Shown here one piece after another: positions 1 to 10,402 of a stretch of DNA of 64,000 nt. Made by a program: the position numbers and the translations under genes. Position 1 is the stretch's first letter; the number at the start of each line of letters is the position of its first letter. The notes beneath the pieces are model-generated. The model was not told where the DNA came from. It worked only from the letters and a program-made list of their open reading frames with translations, and searched no databases. This DNA comes from Macrostomum lignano (Eukaryota). The stretch lies in NCBI GenBank assembly GCA_002269645.1, contig NIVC01002321.1, positions 1 to 64,000 on the forward strand, in the 5' to 3' direction.

Positions 1-75
1 CCCTGCGTTTTGCAGCAGTTTCGGATTTGATACGGGCTCGAAGAAGTCACATTCAGTGTCAGTGACGACGTGTAT
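1..75 (-). CDS. Probable DEG/ENaC exon 10 (thumb), truncated by window edge
   Basis: Acceptor acatag| in matching phase 2. Reads (K)YTSSLTLNVTSSSPYQIRNCCKTQG. Short, so support is limited. Confidence 0.45.
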   Translation of the reverse strand, partial: MHVVTDTECDFFEPVSNPKLLQNAG

Positions 76-195
76 CTATGTCGTGTCCATCTACCTCTCT
101 TGCATACGAGTAAATAACAGGGACCATTAAAATTTCTTTATATACCAATTCTAGAACCCATGTTGCAGCACAACTAAACAAAGGATTGAGCCTAC

Positions 196-466
196 TTGAA
201 CACATACACTGAGTAGTTGTTACTCCAAGACTCCAGTCGATATGTCACACTGCTTCTTGTTTGAGTGCATGGCTGATAAGGCGATTTCGAGTAGCGAGTG
301 CTCTTATCGAATCTTAGCTTTAGTTCAACGTGCTGTCCAGGGTACACAGGAACGGCCTCTTTTGTCCAGGGATATGCTCCAGGTGGAACCACAATAACCT
401 TGAAAGGTTTTACGAGTAATTCGTAATTCGTTATAAAATCATATTCGAGTTCATATAAGACTACAA
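196..466 (-). CDS. DEG/ENaC exon 9: palm/beta-ball to start of thumb
   Basis: Encodes EYDFITNYELLVKPFKVIVVPPGAYP...VPVYPGQHVELKLRFDKSTRYSKSPYQPC. Donor |GTAGGC. Acceptor ambiguous (511, 466 or 460, all phase 1). Confidence 0.75.
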
Positions 467-544
467 CTGTATTGTCAGATAGCAACAAAATAAAATATAA
501 CCGGAGTAAATCTTCAAAGCGGTAGAAAGTATCAAGAGGATAAG

Positions 545-1190
545 AAAGGAGAATAGAGAGGAGAAGGGAGGAGAGGAGAGGAGAGAAGAGAAGAGAAGAG
601 AGAGAAGAGAAGAGAAGAGAAGAGAAGAGAAAGAGAAGAGAAGAGAAGAGAAGAGAAGAGAAAGAGAAGAGAAGAGAAGAGAAGAGAAGAGAAGAGAAGA
701 GAAGAGGAGAGGAGAGGAGAGGAGAGGAGAGGAGAGGAGAGAAGAGAAGAGAAGAGAAGAGAAGAGAAGAGAAGAGAGAGAAGAGAGAGAGAGGAGAGGA
801 GAGGAGAGGAGAGGAGAGGAGAGGAGAAGGAGAGGAGAGGAGAGGAGAGGAGAGGAGAGGAGAGGAGAGGAGAGGAGAGGAGAGGAGAGGAGAGGAGAGG
901 AGAGGAGAGGAGAGGAGAGGAGAGAAGAGAAGAGAAAGAAGAGAAGAGAAGAGAAGAGAAGAGAAGAGAAGAGAAGAGGAGAGGAGAGGAGAAGGGAGAG
1001 GAGAGGAGAGGAGAGGAGAGGAGAGGAGAGGAGAGGAGAGAAGAGAAGAGAAGAGAAGAGAAGAGAAGAGAAGAGAAGAGGAGAGGAGAGGAGAGGAGAG
1101 GAGAGGAGAGGAGAGGAGAGGAGAGGAGAGAAGAGGAGAGGAGAGGAGAGGAGAGGAGAGGAGAGGAGAGAAAAGAGAAGCTTTTAGATT
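545..1190. repeat. (GGAGA)n/(GAAGA)n pentanucleotide microsatellite in a DEG/ENaC intron
   Basis: Direct inspection. It produces the spurious Ser/Leu/Pro run in ORF 192..1358. Confidence 0.95.
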
Positions 1191-1409
1191 AGAAAGAAGA
1201 GAGCTGAGAAGAGACACAAACCTTGAGCGGGCCGGATTGCTATTGTGAAGTTTCAAAAGACCCGATAGAGAGGCTTTGCGGGTCACATGAGGCCCGTGGA
1301 CCTTGCTGCTGCTCATACTGCTACTTATGACTTTTGTCAGATAAAGAACTCCTGTCAACAGTCAGATAAAACACTAAGAGAGACCTGGAAAGTGGTCTTA
1401 TCTACATAC

Positions 1410-1793
1410 GACAGATATACTGCAAAGCAAGTCCAGCACCTACTTTTAGAGCGCTCTGCGACTCCGACCTGTGCCGAGTGTCGCGTACAGCGTAAGCCAG
1501 CTTGCTGGAGTTCTCGTACGAATGACCGAACGAGTCCATCTTGTCCGAGAAGTATTTGATTGACAGCTTGGCCAAGGTGCCACTGCCTGTGCTAGCAAAC
1601 GCTTCGTAGTTGAACTTGTGGCACAGGCCCAACTCTGGATGAACCATGGTCATGAAGTGGCTCCTGTCGCATGCGCGATCGCCAAAGACGCATTTGGACA
1701 GCGAGGTGGCGAGTCCGCTGCTGAACTGCCTGGACAGCAGTGCAGTTCCGAGAGAGTCCCGCAGCGAGGCTGTGACACTCGGCACCGCGTGAT
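1410..1793 (-). CDS. DEG/ENaC exon 8: finger/palm region of ectodomain
   Basis: Acceptor catgtccag| (phase 1). Encodes SKCVFGDRACDRSHFMTMVHPELGLCHKFN, the conserved C.F.G..C...F....HP..G.C..FN. Donor C|GTATGT at 1410/1409; alternative AAA|GTAGGT at 1444/1443. Confidence 0.85.
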
Positions 1794-2109
1794 CTGGACA
1801 TGAGATTGTAGATTTAGATTGCTCAGAAGCACAATCTGGATATCCGGACTATTAAAAAAACAGTAATAAGTTGTAATAACAAAGCAGGCTATAATTATCC
1901 GCTGAGTTTTAATTTAAAAAATGCTGTTATGTAAGTAAAAGAGTAGTAAATTTTAATAATCTGGCATAGAATGCCAAAAAAGCAAACAGTGCTTATTGCA
2001 CTCCCAGACTTGCACTGAACGTCTATGAGCTACAGCCAAAGATCATATATACGCACTCATTAACCACTTATGTGGCCATAAAAGCCAATGTAAAAAACTT
2101 TGCGAAAAT

Positions 2110-3340
2110 TGATGTAACCACGCTCTGGTCGCGGGATACGGTAGGGGACATTTTTCAAAAGTACCTCCGATCTCCGTGCACCTCCTGAGCAGAGCCGTCG
2201 AGACTGGGCCAGGTCTTTGACCAGGCCTGCTGACTCCCGCTCTGCTGCATCCCCTTGCTGCCTCGGCTCCGTCTCCCGCGCCGCCACACATGCCTTTCCA
2301 GAGCCCCTACCTCTCTCTGTACCTCACCCGCTACCCTATTTCTCATGCGCTTTACCCTATCTATCTTGCACTTTTCCCGCTTCCCATCTTTTTTCTCTTT
2401 TTGCACTGTTTTCCTGCGCTGTCCCTCCTTCTTTTGGCATCTACTGACAGTACTTTGTGCGCTCACCGTCACCCCATTCCTACTGAAACTCCCAAACGGT
2501 GACGCAAGTCTTGTGACCCCTCTTTCCTCTCGATGACTCATCGATGACTCACACCACCCCCTCTTGCGCAACATTTTCTCATGCCATTGTTCTCCTCCCC
2601 AAATTTCTCATGCGGCACCCACCTCACCTCCGCTTCTATTGTTCTCGTTTTTGATTCTTTTGTTCTCCTTTCGCACCCAATTATCACATTTTCCAGGATT
2701 TTCTCTTTCTTTTGTTCTTGTTTTCGCACCCCATTAGCACCTTTTCTCCAATTTTTACTTTTCTATTGTTCTCGATTCTCCCCAATTATCCTCGATTTCT
2801 ATTTCCTTTGTTCTCGACCCCAGCCCCATTGTTCTCAATGTTTGCATGTGCAACACTTTCGCGACTTCCCGCTGCGCCAATTATCCCCCACCCCACCTCC
2901 GGATTGCGCAATTTTCCCATTTCTCATGTTGCTATGCCGTTCTCATGCTTCTCATCTTAACTCATTCTGACGTCATTCTGCCGGCAGCCAATCAGAGAGA
3001 GGGAGTCATGGAAACGATCTTGGAGCGGCGGCTGGGAAGGCTATTTAAGGAAGCGGTTTTCGGCATGAGAATCCTCAACCTCTTCGTCTCCTCGTCCTTC
3101 TTTGGACTTGCTGTCAGACACTGATCTGACCCATTCGTCTATAGGACGAACCTCTGCCGGTCCGCGGTCTGTTACCGCCAAGTTACCTCAGCTCCCCAAG
3201 TGAGCTCACCTGCCGGTCCGCGGTCTGGTACCGCACAGCATCTTCAGCATCGCCTGAACTACATCCGCGCCTCACCGCTTCAGCGCATCGCCGCTTCACA
3301 GTCTGCCTGACTGCAGCCAACAGCCGCCCACGGTCACTCC

Positions 3341-3388
<48 letters not shown>

Positions 3389-4340
3389 AGCTGCCGGTAA
3401 GTTCCTGTTACTAATTTGTGCTTTAATTGCCTTGCTTATCCGGGGTTTGCCTATTTTCCATTGCTTGATTAGAGAGCTGAGCCAATTGTGATACCGTATT
3501 ATTTGCTGTATTTATTCAATAGTGAAGTCGCCTAATTGCCTGATTATTTTGCCTAAGGGCCTAATTATTAACCATTACTAAACTCCTCATTATTCACACT
3601 TTCACCATCATTTCACTCATGGCTTGCTAAGCCTTCTCCCTGGGTGGCTAAGCATAAGGAAGTTTGGGTAAGCTAATGGCCTCTCCCCGTGCAAAGCTCG
3701 CCTGTGAGTGCGTGCTGCGGGGCCGTGTGTGCGTGCAGTAGAGGGGATTAGCGAGTCTTGGCACAGAATGGCAGTAGGAATGTTGCAACCCCATGCTGAC
3801 GCGTCCCTTCGCCCTGAGCAATCTAAACTATAGACAGTACATGTTCGCCTCACACTACTCTTAGTAATCAAAGCCGCAAGTCAGCCTCGCTCACAGCCAC
3901 AAAGGATCCCCTGCTGAGAAATCCTCCAGATTGAGCCCAGAGTTCCCGATCATGCCCCAGGCAGAGTCCCTGTACTCGGCTGCATGTGTCTCCCCTGTTA
4001 GCCTAAATCCCCTGGTAACCAATCCAGGCGGGGCTCTAGCCTCGAGAGGTCTGGTAGTGAGATCCAGGTGCGCCAGGTCACTTAGAGTGGTGGCAGCCAC
4101 TCGGTCATGCTCTGACCGAGTGACCAACTATTGCACCTTGGCTACAGGTGGGGTCCATGTGGGTCCTTGGCCCTCTGGTCACGAAAGCGCTACCAAAGCT
4201 ATCAATCATGTGGGCGGGACAGTCTGGTGCTGGAGGTCCGTCAGGTCATTGCCCGGTCATAGGCAGCCTACGGTCATTGCCCCCTCTGGTCATGCGTTCG
4301 TTTCTCAACGGAGCGGAGGGCGACAAGGGCGGTTACATCA
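2110..4340 (+). mobile_element. Probable solo LTR (Gypsy-like), 2.2 kb, antisense in a DEG/ENaC intron
   Basis: Begins TGATGTAACC and ends GGTTACATCA (TG...CA, imperfect inverted ends of about 20 bp). Flanked by 4-bp TSD AAAT (2106-2109, 4341-4344). No transposase or pol ORF. Confidence 0.65.
2968..3048 (+). promoter_or_regulatory. Pol II promoter-like cluster inside the LTR
   Basis: TGACGTCA (CRE) 2968-2975, CCAAT 2988-2992 and TATTTAA 3042-3048 in canonical order. Downstream donor GTAAGT at 3397. Confidence 0.5.
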
Positions 4341-4597
4341 AAATCAACTACTGAACTCAATTTCGTGAGTAGTCTCTACAGTACATGCATCGTTCTTAGT
4401 TTTATTAAGTAGCTTTTTATTTAATTCATGAAAAGTTCTATCACTTTCTCAAAAAATAGCGTCTAAGTCTCTAAGATACTGAACTCAACATTTTAGTATG
4501 CTTCTTGTATCCTTCTTGTGGGTGTGCTCAGGTGCCTAATGCGTGATAATGACTCCCATTAGAAACAGTCAAATATTGTTCAGAGACAAAATCTTAC

Positions 4598-4689
4598 AGC
4601 AGTTGTCGATCTCGCACTCCTCGAAGGCTAAATATCCATGTTTTTGTGTGAAACAGCCGGGCCTGCTTGAACTGAGGAATGGCTCTCGG
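4598..4689 (-). CDS. DEG/ENaC exon 7: kringle 2, part c
   Basis: Acceptor atcccttgcag| and donor |GTAAGA, phase 2-1, 92 nt. Encodes RPGCFTQKHGYLAFEECEIDNC (C-x12-C-x4-C). Confidence 0.75.
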
Positions 4690-4770
4690 CTGCAAGGGAT
4701 TCGGGAATCAGGAAAATTAAAGTCTAGTTACAGTAAAGGACCAGAAGGCCTGGTTCAAATTGCAACTCAC

Positions 4771-4906
4771 CGGAATACCTGACTGCCATTACTCAGGGTG
4801 TAGAGAGTTTCAATCACAACCATGACAGAGCGACAGAAGCTGTGCTGGCTGCTCGTCTCAAAGTCGGGCATGTCGATGTGCACGTTGAGCACTCGGTATG
4901 TTCTGA
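4771..4906 (-). CDS. DEG/ENaC exon 6: kringle 2, part b
   Basis: Acceptor ttcttgtttttcag| and donor |GTGAGT, phase 1-2, 136 nt open. Encodes SSQHSFCRS (kringle HNFCR). Not in the ORF track. Confidence 0.72.
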
Positions 4907-5449
4907 CTGAAAAACAAGAAAGGAGATTCCATTTTTTTAATTCCAAAGAGCATCAGGAATAAAAAACGCGAGGCCATCTGATTGAATTCTGAACGGAAGT
5001 TTTCTGAACGAAACCTACAAGAGCTTCCGCTTGAAGGTTTACAATATCCAATTCGAGTATATTCGCTATATTCAGCTATATTGGGAAACACGAAAAGACT
5101 TAATGGCTACATTTATTTATTCTGCCTAAAAAACAGATAAGAAAATCCTCCATAGGGATCAGAAATAACTGGCTAGGAAATTTCTAATTTGTAGACGCGA
5201 AGCGAATGTCCGATGAAGCCGTGATAAGTAGTGTTCTCAGCCCTTGTATAGCTAATGCATTGCATAGCAGAGAAGTGCGAGTACACAAACGGCCACACTG
5301 CTAAGAGAACAACTGTGCAAAAACATTATTGATCTACAGTATGTTTACAGTTTTTAAAGAGTTTTAAAATGATAACCGGTAGCATCGAATAACGTTGACG
5401 GGATCATTTCCATGAAGCCGTATTAAAGTTCGCCACGTCCAGTAGGCCT

Positions 5450-6114
5450 CTGGGACCAGTCTCAAGCACTCGTTAGGCACCTCCAGCTCTGCTGGCCGCC
5501 AAGGCTGGAATTTCAAAAGTAGCGCGTAAGGTCGGCCGCCCCCTGCTTGGACTCAACTGCAGGGACATCAGGTCGGTGACCATGGCCCTCTCGGTAATGG
5601 CTGTTTTGCCAGGCATCGTCAGTGAGATCGGCAGTGAGAAATGCCCATTCTGCCTCTCCGGTGTCGAGAATGCGGAGCACTTCATCTGGGAATGCCTTCA
5701 TCTGTTTACTCAGGACAGGCTCACCTACCTCGGCCCAAACCCGGACCTCTCCGACGTTTTCAGGCCCGAGAATCTCTGCCAGCTCGTCCGCTACCCTAAG
5801 GGCTACCGGGCAAGCGACCATCCACCTTCTGGACTCTCCGGAGGGGGACCGCGCTGCAGACACCGGCACCACCGGAACTCCCTGCGCGACACCGCAGCAC
5901 TAGCTGCCCGTGGTCGCCAGAGGTTAGCAAAGTGTGCGGCAACGCCTCCTCGCTGTTTCCAGACGCACGAAGCCCCCTGCAGCTGAGTCAAGTATTGGCA
6001 CTGGAATCTGTCTAGCGAGTGGAAAGGTGGCTTCTAGTTGTGCCGTGTTGCAGCCAGTCGGCTCCTGCATGGTGATCCAACGACCAGTTACCAAGCTGGG
6101 TCGGCAACAACAAC
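5450..6114 (+). mobile_element. Degenerate 3' end of a non-LTR retrotransposon (ORF2 C-terminal CCHC knuckle, 3' UTR, (CAA)n tail)
   Basis: IGSEKCPFCLSGVENAEHFIWEC (CxxC..EH....C), preceded by frameshifted ALSGNGCFARH. Ends in caacaacaac. Confidence 0.75.
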
Positions 6115-6308
6115 AGTTGAATCAGAGCTCTTTCCCTTTCAACGGGAAACATAATTTCTTAGAAATGTAGATTTTAGCAATTAAACTATATCAAATAGCT
6201 AGACTGATTAATAAAGCTGATGGGTACATAATGAAAACTAATCCCAACGAAAAATATACTACTGTAGCGTGAAACATTGCATTTCTTATTAGAGGCAAAA
6301 GGCTATGT

Positions 6309-6935
6309 TGCACCCTGGCGCACTTTAAGCAACATTGTCAGCCAACTGCCCGCCCATTCTACCAACTCCCCTGAGCAGGCACACAAGCGCGCATATACGT
6401 CTGCAGTCATACACACAGGCACACACTCACACGGAAGTGTACAGCGACCCTAACTTTATTTATCGTTAGGCATGTACACGGGGGGTCAAGGACACAAAGT
6501 ACATTTGGGGTCAAGCCCGGAACGCTGTAGCCTATTGGTTAGAGCGTCGGACTCACGACTGAAAGGTCGGGGGTTCGATTCTCGATCCACTCGGAACAAT
6601 TGTGTCCTTGAGCAAGACACTCTGCATTGCTTCAGTTCACCCAGCTGTAAAATGGGTGCCAGCATAGCTGGGGTAATTGAGGGTGAGTGTGGCGAACCCC
6701 CAGTCCTTGGACTGAACAGCCGTAAGCAGCCTTCAGATGTGAGATGGGGCAGGTGTAATCAGTTACTATGTACACTTTCCTGTTCCGGGTTGGTCCTCAA
6801 GTGCGTTAATTGCACGAGCAGAGCCAAGCCGAGGTTCCAATTTAGCCCCAAATTAACGTGACTGTACTTGGGGTCAAGCCCGGACCACTGCCACATCAGA
6901 GCGCCGTGCTAGACCGCCAGGCTACGGCCTCCCCC
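6309..6935 (-). mobile_element. tRNA-derived SINE family B, copy 1 (interrupted by a family A SINE)
   Basis: Minus-strand head gggaggccgtagcctggcgg with A-box. Body homologous to 7413-7683 and 34896-35229. Confidence 0.75.
6524..6767 (+). mobile_element. tRNA-derived CORE-like SINE family A
   Basis: A-box tagcctattgg and B-box ggttcgattc, then ttgtgtccttgagcaagacact...cagctgtaaaatggg resembling the CORE domain. 8-bp TSD atgtacac (6472-6479, 6768-6775). Confidence 0.85.
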
Positions 6936-7126
6936 GATAAGCAGGTCGAAATAAAAAGTGAGCCGAATATGTGCAAACTCATACTATACAATCACTAAAG
7001 TCAATTACAAAGTAAGCTTTGCAAAAACCCATGAAAAAAAGCAGTTTTTAAAAGCAACAAATTTCTTTGTCTTTTTTCTGAAGTCGTCCTTCTTGCTCAC
7101 CCACTAGCCGCATGCACTGGACTCAC

Positions 7127-7369
7127 TGCTAAACGGCAGGTCGTGCCGGAACCAAGGCGCCGATTCGTGACCCCCTGCATTGTTGGCAAGGATTTTCCAG
7201 ACTCCGGATTCCAGATTTGTCTTGACATCAGCCCAGGTTAGGCAGCGCCTTGCCGTCATGGTTCGGTTCGCCGCTCCAGTGTAATGGCTGAAGTGGTCGA
7301 TCTCTGAGTTGGCGGCTCTTGTACCAGCCAAACTGCTGCTAATACTGCAGTCGTACTTTGTTGGTATGC
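7127..7369 (-). CDS. DEG/ENaC exon 5: kringle 2, part a
   Basis: Acceptor ccttactcag| and donor |GTGAGT, phase 1-1, 243 nt. Encodes YDC...HYTGAANRTMTARRCLTW (kringle YxG..T..GR.C..W). Confidence 0.75.
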
Positions 7370-7412
7370 CTGAGTAAGGATTGGGTACATTGTAGTAAGT
7401 GTACTAAGGGTA

Positions 7413-7683
7413 CAAGCGCGCGGATACGTCTGCAGTCATACAGTGTACGCGCAGGCACACACTCACACAGGAGTGTACAGCGGTCCTAACTTTATTTATC
7501 GTTAGGCATGTACACTTCACTGTGCCTTGCGGGTTGGCCCTCAAGGGCGCTAATTCCATGAGCAGAGCCAAGCCGAGATTCCAATTAATGCAACTGCAAA
7601 ATTAAAGCCCGAAAATTAATGCAACTGCACTTAGAATCGAGCTTGGGCCGCTGGCACATGAGAGCACAGGGATACGGCGCCCC
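7413..7683 (-). mobile_element. SINE family B, copy 2 (tail missing)
   Basis: Shares ctaactttatttatcgttaggcatgtacac and gcagagccaagccgag with the other copies. Confidence 0.75.
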
Positions 7684-7778
7684 TACATCTACACTACACG
7701 ACTATCCATTCTGAAAACAAATATTTGATAAAAATTTTGGATTGGAGCAGCCCATGGCCGAAGATTCAGCATACTCAC

Positions 7779-7901
7779 CACAGTAGGGGATGTTGCAGCC
7801 AGCAGCCGCCATGAGTCCATGTGCACTGTCGTAGAAGCAGAAAGGGCCATCAAAAAATGTAACAGCTTCCGGTCGGAGCGGAATAAACACCGGATTCCAA
7901 G
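7779..7901 (-). CDS. DEG/ENaC exon 4: C-terminal half of kringle 1 (C4-C6)
   Basis: Acceptor tatttcttcag| and donor |GTGAGT, phase 1-1, 123 nt. Encodes GPFCFY-x-GCNIPYC (C-x13-C-x4-C), like kringle PWCY..C.IP.C. Confidence 0.8.
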
Positions 7902-8122
7902 CTGAAGAAATAGTGGATCGCAAGCTAGCAGTTTGACATTAGGTCAAACCCTTGAACTTTGAACAATTAACAGGTGTAGAGTTCTGCTATACTGTACGCT
8001 CGTAGTTGTCACGGCATGCATGTGCAGATAGATCAGTTTTCATTTTTTAGATTATTAGTTAATTAGTTAGTTAAACATTTCGAAAATGTTTCTAAAATTC
8101 CAAGCATATGGAAGCGACTCAC

Positions 8123-8458
8123 CCGACTCGCGAATCCGGTACACGCTGGTGAAATTGTCTCCACCACCGCAGTAGACGCCAGGTCCGTTGCCGCCACCGC
8201 AAAAAGTTGAGCACTTCTCCGGCTTAGAATTTCGCACCGGTTTGAGCAGCTGATAATCATCTTCGGCATCAGCTAGCGAGCTACACAGACAGATTTGCTG
8301 ATCGAGCGCCATGTGGGTAAAGTTTCTCCGATAGCAGCACTTTTGGCACAATTCCGGTGACAGAAATCTCGCTGGCTGATCAAAACAGTCCATCATTTGG
8401 TGGAATCGGCTCAGTGCAAATTTTTTCGAGAAGCACCCGATGTACTTTCTAGCAGAGT
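8123..8458 (-). CDS. DEG/ENaC exon 3: WSC domain
   Basis: Acceptor aacgacag| and donor |GTGAGT, phase 1-1, 336 nt open. Encodes KYIGCF...LCQKCC...QICLCS...KCSTFCGG...YCGGGDNFTSVY, the WSC cysteine pattern. Confidence 0.85.
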
Positions 8459-8640
8459 CTGTCGTTAAAATATGTTAAAGAAAGACTTCCTGATAAACGG
8501 ATAAGCGAACGAAGCATTCAAAATAAGTTCTGTATTTTCTTGTAATTTCGATTTGTAAATTAAAACAAATATCGCTTTCCAGTATAATCATTACCTCGTA
8601 AAGGTAACTAGATAGTTAACGTTTGTCAACAGCATAATGA

Positions 8641-8901
8641 GACCTAGAGAGGTTATAGCGTCGGACTCGATTGAAAGGTCGAGGCTTAGTTTCTCGACCC
8701 ACTAGGAACAATTTGTGTCCTTGAGTAAGACACAATTCTGTGTTGCTTCAGTTCACCCAGTTGTAAAATGGGTGCCAGCATTAGCTGGGGTAATTGAGGG
8801 TGTGTGTGGCGACCCCCCAGTCCTTGAACTGAACAGCCGTACGCAGCCTTCAGATGCGACGCGCAATAGCTGCGGCTGAGCTGTCGGTTGCATATCTGGC
8901 C
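8641..8901 (+). mobile_element. SINE family A copy
   Basis: Same CORE-like body as 6524-6767 and 48565-48864, with a degenerate head. Confidence 0.8.
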
Positions 8902-9233
8902 ATTTATCCCTGATTTTGCAAAATCACACGGCTTGTACATATTTTTCTTTTATATACATTAATGGTACGACCTATGATTTCATGACTCAGTTGATGTCAG
9001 TGTGAACGATTCTCTAAGGTTCTATGTATCTGCTTAAGAAATGTTCCTAGTATTACTATAAGAGTTCAGAAGTACGGGAGCCTGGTTGCTCGGAGGTCAT
9101 ATGAGAACACATGGAACCCCTTGCTCTCAGTGTCTAAAACCAACCTACATGTACTAAACAAACGTAACTGCAAAAATCTATAAGCGACATTCAACAGATC
9201 CGCAACACCATGAGTCTGCCAGCTGCAACTTAC

Positions 9234-9593
9234 ACGTAGCAACTCCGAGATCACGCAGGCTCTGCAGAGACAGTCCGGGGGGTTTCCGACATCGTCTGTC
9301 TTCATTCGACAGGTTCAAAGCCCGGATGCGTTCCGCCAGCAGTCGGGCAGACGACTGAAACCGGCCTTGGACTTGTTCAAGCCTTCGAGCCGCCTCGCTC
9401 CAGGCCAGGCATCTTGGCCGATTCAGAAATGATGCCACGAAATCCGAGGTCGATTGGTTATCAGGCTGTTGCGTGCGATCGACAGGCGCGGTCAGGAAGC
9501 TATCAGAGTACACGGCGGCTGCGTCCACGCTGCCAGAGTACTCCTCGCCGGTAGCCGTGAAGCGGCAGTTCTGACCCATAGATCTGGACGAAG
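9234..9593 (-). CDS. DEG/ENaC exon 2: N-terminal half of kringle 1 (C1-C3)
   Basis: Acceptor ttgcacag| and donor |GTAAGT, phase 1-1, 360 nt open. Encodes NCRFTATGEEYSG...RCLAW...RRCRKP, matching kringle C..G..YxG / C..W / CRNP motifs. Confidence 0.8.
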
Positions 9594-10402
9594 CTGTGCA
9601 ATTTAATTGTATTCAATTCAATGAGACAGAACCAATCAATTGGTTATCAATCAACCTTAAATCAACTGTTTTAGAAGGCAATTTTTCTACTAAGGAAATG
9701 CATGCAGAGTCACTATATGGACAACTCAATGGAGACCGGTTGTTGCTGCCAAGGAGAGCTTAACAATATCCCAAATGCTGGACTTCTGTATTCCAAAGAA
9801 GGTTAGCAAGTGTTTTGTCCGAAGTGCACTCACAAGTTCATCAAGCTATTTATTTTTTTGAAATGCGACCGACCAACGACTAGCAGGCCTATCTCCTATC
9901 TCCTTTTTCTAAGAACAAGTCTCTCTATGAGGAAACCGAAACAATAAAGCAAATCTTAACAAAATTGGTTCAGAAAACACAACTGTAGTTGGAATCAAGG
10001 ACCGCTTTAGAAGTTGCGCGTTGGTTTGGCTCTGAGTGCATTGGAATGGTGGACTGGCTGGGGTCGTCACCCTCGCCCTTTTATTTGCCTCTGGCCTCTG
10101 TTTGCTCAGCAGCGTTTTTGGCTGCCTTGCGTGAGCTAAAAAAACTGAACTCAAGCTGTCAATCTACCTATTATGTAACTTTATTATCTAGCCAGGAAAC
10201 AAAATAGGCCTGCTATTAATAATAATTATTGATTCTCGTGGGACCCTCCAGTGGCGGAAATTTAACATAATATTTAGAGTGCTGCTGTGCCACTTAATTC
10301 GTGGTGCTTTTCTCCCGGCTGAATAGGTCAACCCATGGAAGCATGCTAATTCTGTTACACTATAGCCGAAAATTTATGCACGCATTTAAAATGGTTAATC
10401 TA

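Noticed and set aside
512-1358. 388-aa ORF 192..1358 as a single protein
   Set aside because: The Ser/Leu/Pro run is a translated microsatellite; only the distal part is a real exon. A possible extra exon at about 1351-1222 (phase-1 acceptor) had no convincing channel motif or matching donor, so it was not called.
2060-2287. 75-aa ORF with a protein-like C-terminus
   Set aside because: It crosses the LTR/TSD boundary at 2110, so it is a chance fusion.
9690-9845. Separate first exons for an independent kringle gene (ATGAACTT|gtgagt plus a short exon)
   Set aside because: The spliced frame gives no good signal peptide and no phase-1 donor to join 9593, so fusion to the channel is preferred.
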